A DNA stretch of 64,000 bases from the human T2T-CHM13v2.0 reference genome, Homo sapiens: NCBI RefSeq assembly GCF_009914755.1, contig NC_060933.1. One strand, 5' to 3'. Made by a program: the position numbers and the translations under genes. This document shows, piece after piece, positions 56,726-64,000 of the stretch. Within the stretch, counting starts at the first letter, position 1; each line of letters opens with the position of its first letter. Under the pieces are notes generated by a model, which had not been told where the DNA came from, ran no database searches, and saw only the letters and a program-made list of their open reading frames with translations.

Positions 56726-57959
56726 TACAAATATAAACAGGGAAGGTGAAACCGTCTAGAACCTCCTTAGGCATGGATTAAGTTTCTGTGAAGATCATGT
56801 AAATAAGCCCTCATAGTCTACAAGAAACTCGGATATCTTTTTTAAAAGGGTCAGAAGATCTGTTTGTGTTTTGCAATTCTCCAAATGTTCTTCTGCTTAT
56901 GGATTCCCCTAAATTCACTTTCCAACAGCTCTTCGTCCCCCTGGCCTCATGCTGCCCTTGAAAGTGGCCGGAGGAAACTCTTAGGTGTCAGGCAGTCAGC
57001 ATGGAGAGCTTCTTTTCATCCCCTGAGTGTCTGGAGATGTGAGTTTAATGAGAGGCATCGACCTTTGAATTATACAAATGGACCTCTTTAGCAATCACTT
57101 CCCTCCCCAGTCCATACCCACCCTCAGCTTTTAATCTTCTCAATTATATTTCCTTTCCATTGATTACTACTTTGCTAACTTTCGGATTGAGCAGGCAGAA
57201 AACCTCAGCCGCACAGGTAATGCAATTGCTCTTCAAGCTTTGACGCCTGCGTCTCACCTCCTGAGGGGACCTGCAGGCCCCCCTCCCACCCTTTTGGGTC
57301 TTGGCAGGTCCATCGGCCTTCAATTGATTTTGCAAGATGGCCCCTTCCATCCAAAGAGCTGTGCAATCCTGGTTAGGAAGATGGAGTTTCAGTTCTGAGC
57401 TTTAAGTAACAAAGATAAGGGGGATTTGCATGCTGGCAGGGTGTGAGAAGGGCACTCACAGTCACCAGCTGTTTGCAGCTAGGCCTGGGAGTGGGCAAGG
57501 GATGGGCCTGGGAGCAGGGAGATCTGGGTTCCTTCCCCACCTCTGCTCTGATTTTTTGAGTGACCTTCATTGAACCACTTAACTTTCTGTGCTTTCCTCT
57601 CACTGCCATCTGTAAGGGGGAAGACAACGGCACTTGTCTGTGAAAATGCTTTGAGGGATACTGGCATAAAAGATGCAATGTAAAAGCAAGTGATGGGCAA
57701 TGTTTTCCATAAAGAGCCCCTTGTTTTCATCTGCAGGAGGCCTCATTTGAAGGCTAAGAAGAAAAATTGAGAAATGTCCTTGGTAGCCGAGGCCAGGCAG
57801 AGGACGTGGCTTGGGACCTGTTAGAAATCCCTTCTGTGGCTGGGGGCTCCTGCGCTGCTGCCGGGATGTGAGCTCAGCAAGGGGCATGCTGGGAATTGGC
57901 CTGCAGAACAAACAGATCCGAGGTCTCTGCACCGAGCAGGACCAAGGGCCATATCAGGA

Positions 57960-58155
57960 TTAGCCCAGTGACCTGACAAGCGGCGAGGGGGGCCTGCCCC
58001 CCAGTGATTTACGGGCTTTGACGCATGGACTCCGGGGGGGCTGGGGGAGAGTCAGAGAAATTTGGGGACGTGTTCAAAACTGGAGGTCGTCCAGAGGAAA
58101 TTACTCAATAAAAACCAGCTTTCTCTAACTGAATAGATCAATTTACAGCTCATAA
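57960..58155. promoter_or_regulatory. Candidate PBX-HOX/MEIS enhancer
   Basis: TGACAA, TGATTTACGG (58005-58014), CAATAAAA and retained CpGs in unique DNA. Confidence 0.4.
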
Positions 58156-58816
58156 GGTGGAAAAAGTCTGAGACTTCAAGATGCCGGCTGGTGGGTCTCC
58201 TAAGGTTTCCTCCCTTGGCAGAGAGGCTGTGGCTTTGGCTTTTTTACCCTGGGTACCCCTTCTGTAGCTTTCAGGGCCAGCATTTTTCTTTCTTCTTGTT
58301 TTCCTCTTTCTCTGTTACTTAAATTTAGCTGGTTAAGATTCTTTCCCTCCTCTCCTTCTTCTTACAAGCCTCCCACTTTCAACTTTCACCTCCCTACAGT
58401 CCTCTCAGAAAAGCCCCTGTTGTTTTTGTCATCCTAATGGCACAGATTCTCCTCTAAGCTCCCCCTTCCCAGCTGCCTCCCCCTCCCCACGGCTCATCTC
58501 AACATCCCTTCTCCCTCTGTTTTTCTCTTAGGTCTCCAAAGCTCCTGCCTTTCTCTTCCAGCTGCCCGTGGTCTGTGCTGCTGCATACCTCTCACCCCTC
58601 TATTTCTCCCTCTCTGCCTTTTGTCTTCCCAGCCTTTCTCTTTGGCTGTACTTTTTGGCCTTTCTCAGCTGCTGGCCAAGTAATTCATCATGAGCATCCA
58701 GGAACACCTTCACCTATTGACTGAGCTGCTTTAAGCTACACTGGACCCACAGAGATTTCAGGGAGGCAGGATTACAGGAAGATGGACAGGGCCCAGATGT
58801 AGTGGCACTGAAATTC

Positions 58817-58905
58817 CATCATCCATCAATCATTCATCCATCCATGCACCCATCATCATCCATCCATCCATTCATCCACCCACCCATCCACCCACCCGTT
58901 CACCC
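58817..58905. repeat. (CATC/CACC)n tetranucleotide tract at an L2 3' end
   Basis: Direct read; followed by antisense L2 (cattcattgaacatgtactatatgccaggca) to about 59200. Confidence 0.85.
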
Positions 58906-61276
58906 AAGCCTTCATTTAATCATATCATTCATTGCTTTTTTTTTTTCATTCAAAAAACATTCATTGAACATGTACTATATGCCAGGCATTGGGCTAGGCA
59001 CTTGAGAGAGAATGATGACCAAATATAGATGTGGGCCTTGACCTACGGGGCTCAGCAGAAGAGGCAGACATAAGTAATCACAGATAACAATGTAAAACTC
59101 CAGTAAGAGCTAAGGAGAGATGTAGGTACCAGCAGACCATCTCATTGGGATTTGACCTACTTAGGAGTGAAGTATTAAGTGGAGGTCTGAAGGCTGAGGG
59201 GAGAGAAGATGCAGGCAGTAAGGAAAGCTCTTGATAAAGCCTGGCCCTCCTCATCCCTACCAAATTCCCTCCCATTTGCTTGCCAAAGACTAAAATTCTT
59301 TTAGCAGAAGTCAAGGCTGTTAGGCTACAGACTTCAAATGCAACACATCCTATGAGACGGCAGCAGTGACTTAAATATATTTGGGCTATGTGTAAATAAT
59401 GGATATTAATCTTTCCCTGGGAACAGGCCTTGTTAGAGGATAGAAGGGACATTTAATATCTGAGGGCGGGAGAAGTGTGGGGAAGAAGGCATCCCTAACA
59501 AGTTGATGGTACCTAGGACGCTGGCACTCCCTCTATACTGTGCCAGGAGTGGGCTCAGGAAAAAGCACACACTCCCTGTCCACCTGCTGTTCCATGTGTC
59601 ACTTGGCTGGCCTGACAAACTTTGGAGACCAGGCAGTTCTTGAAGTCCAGCACCCCCCCCTTCTCTTTTTCAGTGGCACTGGTCACAAATTCAAAGTGGA
59701 CATCAGATTTCATGGCTTGATGGCCTCGTAATTGTTATTGGAACTAGCCTTGGATGGATTTACGGTAATGAACTCATCTAACAGCAAACCCGTCACGGGC
59801 CTCTCTGCAGACAGGATCTTTCCTGAGTGAAGATAATAGAAAACCATTCTGTAAAGGAAAAGCAATACTGACTGGTGACTTTGACTTCAAGTTTAGGAAA
59901 AAAACACCACTGTTTGGGTTTTTCTGTTGGCCTCTAACTTTAAATGCTACATTGGCCAGTTGCTAACCAACACGGTTTTTGGCCAGAGTCCTGTTTATGT
60001 TGGCACCAAATGTATGTATCACAAGCAATTTGTGTATTTCTGGGCATGTGTGTATGAGTTTGTATATATTATAAACTCCAAAACTTTGAACACAAGGTTT
60101 TGTACTCTTTTTACAGATTCTTCTGGCCAAGAAAACAGGCCACTGGCAGGCAGGGCATCCATTTGCATTAACGACCTGCTTTCAGGCCACCACACCCCAT
60201 CGCAGCCACCCTTTGGCTTGGTCCAACGTGGCACTAAACTCTGGCCTCTCTGGACCCCTGTCCTATTGAGTTATGAATGAATGAGGTGGCCCCTGCCCAG
60301 CAAGAGGGATTCCGGGGACAGTGGATGTTTTCTGTGTCACCTCAGTCTGCAGGCAAATCATCAAGAATGCTTGGGATATGGAGTTTTCTCCTAACAGGGG
60401 CCAGAAAGGCTCCATGTTTTTGTGGCTTGGCATTAAGCAAACAACTGCTTTTTTGTTCTCTCCTCAAATTATTTGCCCAAACAAAAGGCAGCTGTCATGG
60501 GGAGAAAAGTAGGATTTTTCCAGCGTTTGCCCCTTTCTGCGCCCCTCGCACAGCATGCTTTTGGACTCCGCATTTCCGTAGCTCAGTGTCAGATTTCCAG
60601 CCTGCAGAAATGCTCCAGAATGTGAAGCCACCTTCTGCCTCTCCCGGGCCTCCCAACCCAGTGCAATTCCGGAGCTAAAGGCAGCATTCACAGGATGGCA
60701 CCTTCTCTCTCCAAAACCCCAAAGGGTTTCCCAAGCCTGTAAACTGTGAATTAGAAACATTCCTTCAGGGACTAACAGTTTGGATAAACAGTGAATTCCA
60801 GAACAAAGGTTGTTTTCCCTCAAACTCCTATTTCTTTAGAAAGTTGAGAAGTCAGATCTTCCGCCTAACAAGGGATTGTTATTTAATTGAGAGTCATCTT
60901 TTAGAAAAGACATGGCTTATCATTTGTATCTCATTAGAATATGGTAAAATATGCTAAACAATAAAACTAAATGCTAGAGAATTTAATCTTCCTCTGAGGC
61001 TTTTTGGGATTAGGCCATGTCCTTATCTGCCCAGCACACTCAGGGTTTTCCTGCAAGACTTGGGCCAGGTGTCACCCTCCAGGTTCAGGACTTCTATACC
61101 ATCTACCCTGGAGCCACCCTCACTGCCCTCCTGCAAAACCGGGGGACCCAGGCTGCCTCTTCTGCCTCCCCTAGCTCTCGCAGCACTGTCTTGGCTCAGT
61201 GTTTGCACTCTTCATTCTGAAATAATTTCAGACTTATAGAAAAGTTGCCAAAAGAGTATAAGGAATTCCTGTATAC

Positions 61277-61655
61277 CAGTGTTTCTCAACCCTTTTCTGA
61301 TTGTCACCCCTAAAGAAATTTGCAGACATTTTTTTCCTAATCACCCTCATATATGAATTTTCTTTTAGAGACAAGGCCTCGCTCTGTCACCCAGGCTGGA
61401 GTGCGGTGGTATGATCATAGCTCACTGCAGCCTTAAATTCCTGGGCTCAAGCGATTCTCCCACCTTAGCCTCCTGAGTAGCTGGGACCACAGGCATGTGA
61501 CCATGCCTGGCTCCTGACATGAAATTCGAATACCCAAATATACTCTATATCTGCTTATGGACTTTACGTATATCTGAGCTCTATATGTAAAAAGTAAGGT
61601 TTCTTTTATCCCCAAGAACAATTTTTATTCCCTTGGGTATGATATTGCCCCCATG
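61277..61655. mobile_element. hAT-Charlie MER (MER105-like) inserted in an old L1M 3' remnant
   Basis: cagtgtttctcaacc terminus and gatattgcccccatggagaatg terminus; L1M-like flanks at 61215-61276 and 61660-61950. Confidence 0.6.
61362..61512 (-). mobile_element. FLAM (Alu monomer)
   Basis: Single antisense monomer: tgatcatagctcactgcagccttaaattcctgggctcaagcgattctccc. Confidence 0.85.
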
Positions 61656-62888
61656 GAGAATGTATTTTATATACCATTTACACAAGTTCCCCAAATGCTA
61701 ATATTTTACCATATTTGCTTTACTGTTCTCTCTCTAAATGTGTGTGTGTATCACACACACACATATACATATATGCATAAATATACCCATTTGTACGTAC
61801 ACATATATACATACACATATGTAAACAATATATATACATGTAAGTGTTTTTTTCTGAACTATTTGAGAGTAAGTTGCAAAAACATGTCTCTTAACCCCTA
61901 AATATTTTAGAAAGCATTTCTTATAAACAATGACTTTCTTGACAAAAAAAATTTTAAACATTTTCATCTCGTTCCACATGGCCATAAGTTTCTCAAGGTC
62001 AGGAGCCTATGTCTTAATCATTTTCGGAGACTGAGTATCAGGATAGGGCCTGGTATGTAGTAGGAGCTATTATGAAAGAATACATTTCATTATAATGTAG
62101 CATATGCCATGCATTTATACATAATTTATACATAATGTAACTATTATAAAGTGAAAGCTTTATTTCAATATAAATGATATCAAATATAGAGTACTACGCA
62201 TAATAAAAAAATACATTGTTGCTGGCAAGTGAATGGAAAGTTCAGGGTCAGCGGTATAAACTTCAGTCGCAAAGTATTCTATAGTTTCAGAAGCCGGAAG
62301 AAAGTGGGTGGAAAATTTACAGATTTTGGAAATTGCTTCAGAATCAGTAAATAACAAAATTGGAGGCTACTTATGGGAGGTCAGTGTCATAGGCCGAGAA
62401 TGATACTCCAATCAGTTGAGCTTTCCAGTCATTTGTAGGAGTCTGCCCTTCCAGGCTCAACATGTATTCTGTTCTTTGGGAGGCAGCAATGATCCAGTAA
62501 CTCAAACACTTTGTCTTCTTGCTTTTACTTACAAAGATTTATTAACCACCTACCACTTAACATGTAAATATTGGAGGCTTGTGAATTTTATTTCTTATTT
62601 TCTATGTGTTAGAAAAAAATTAGTGACCTAACTTCTATTTCCCTTGATTTCCTTGATTGCAGAATGAGTGTCCCCATAGTATGCTCTGTGCCGCCCATAG
62701 GCACTAGTTAATGTGGCACTGAGGATGTCAGAGGCAGATTCTTCATGGATTCTGAAGTGAGCAGACTTAGAATAGGATTTCAGGGACTGAATGACCCACG
62801 TAGAACTTCTTTCAGAAATTCGGCATCACATGTATGAATATACTCAGTCCGAATAAACCTCCATTCCACAAAGCATGTAAGAGATGGA

Positions 62889-63340
62889 CAGTTGGCCCTT
62901 TGTGTTCACAGGTCTGCATCTGCCAGTTCAGCCGGCCCTGACTGAAAATATTTGGGAAAAAAATTACAATTAAAAAGTAAGAATATTCACCTTCTGCCAT
63001 GAGCAAAAGCCTCCTGAAGCCTCACCAGAAGCTGAACAAATGCTGGCGTCATGCTTGTACATCCTGCAGAAACGTGAGCCAAATAAATATCTTTTCTTTA
63101 TATTAAAAAAGGAACAATGTAACAATAAAAACATAAATGTTTAAAAATACAGTATAACACCAATTTACATAGCATTTACATTGCATTAAGTATTATAAGT
63201 AATCTAAAGATGATTTTAAAGTATATGGTAGGATGTACGTAGATTATATGCAATTTTATATTATGGACTTAAGCATCTGAGGATTATGGTGTGGCGGGGG
63301 CGGGGGGAGGGCCTGGAATCAAGCCCTCACAGATAATTGA
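62889..63340. mobile_element. MER2 (TcMar-Tigger) with internal insertion
   Basis: cagttggccct...aaaatatttgggaaaa...tttacatagcatttacattgcattaagtattataagtaatcta...ctggaatcaagccc. Confidence 0.85.
62985..63105 (+). mobile_element. MST LTR 3' fragment, probably retrocopied by L1
   Basis: cctcaccagaagctgaacaaatgctggcgtcatgcttgtac..gagccaaataaa; flanked by a 13-bp near-TSD. Confidence 0.75.
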
Positions 63341-63653
63341 CTTTGTGATAAATTGCTTTTGCTGAAGTGAGTTTACCAATAATGACACAATGTTATTTGA
63401 CAGTCCTGAGCATAAATGAAAAAAAAAATGTTGTTGGTACTTAATATTCTGATCACAATTTAAACATTTTCTTGACTTCCTTGCAGACAGCTGACCCCTC
63501 CATTGTGTCCTTGAGACTTCTTGTCTCCATGCAGACTTAGGAGACAGCTTCTTCACTAAGTGATCCCAAATCTCATGAGAGAGTGCTAGAACTTAGGGGG
63601 TTGTTTGGGGTGGGGCTGAGAAGGATGTGAGGTTCAATAAAAATAGAGCAAGA

Positions 63654-63979
<326 letters not shown>

Positions 63980-64000
63980 TTATATATAGTACATACATAT

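Noticed and set aside
52800-60900. Naming the neighbouring or host gene from motif content
   Set aside because: No exon or landmark that I recognise; this needs a genome alignment.

Overview
Human (hominid) non-coding genomic DNA; a human-lineage AluYb8 supports human origin. I see no host protein-coding gene, RNA gene or CRISPR array. The only real protein-like ORFs are LINE-1 ORF1/ORF2 remnants and a decayed FLYWCH-type transposase start. The window is a mosaic of interspersed repeats: Alus, two 5'-inverted (twin-primed) L1s, MaLR/ERVL solo LTRs, a complete Ricksha MuDR element, hAT/Tigger MERs, MIR/L2 and microsatellites. A mostly unique block at about 52.8-60.9 kb carries clusters of PBX-HOX-type motifs. 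The most unusual signals are fossil DNA template-switch scars whose direction can be read because they interrupt known repeats: (i) a 216-bp inverted duplication inside an old L1, (ii) a ~50-bp copy of DNA from 1.43 kb away inserted into a MER63, (iii) a ~31-bp micro-inversion in an MST LTR, and (iv) a patchwork insertion in an MLT1 LTR. There are also two apparent L1-mediated retrocopies of LTR RNA fragments. I found no evidence of a new gene system. Repeat subfamily names come from recalled consensus features, boundaries of old repeats are approximate, and I could not identify the locus.
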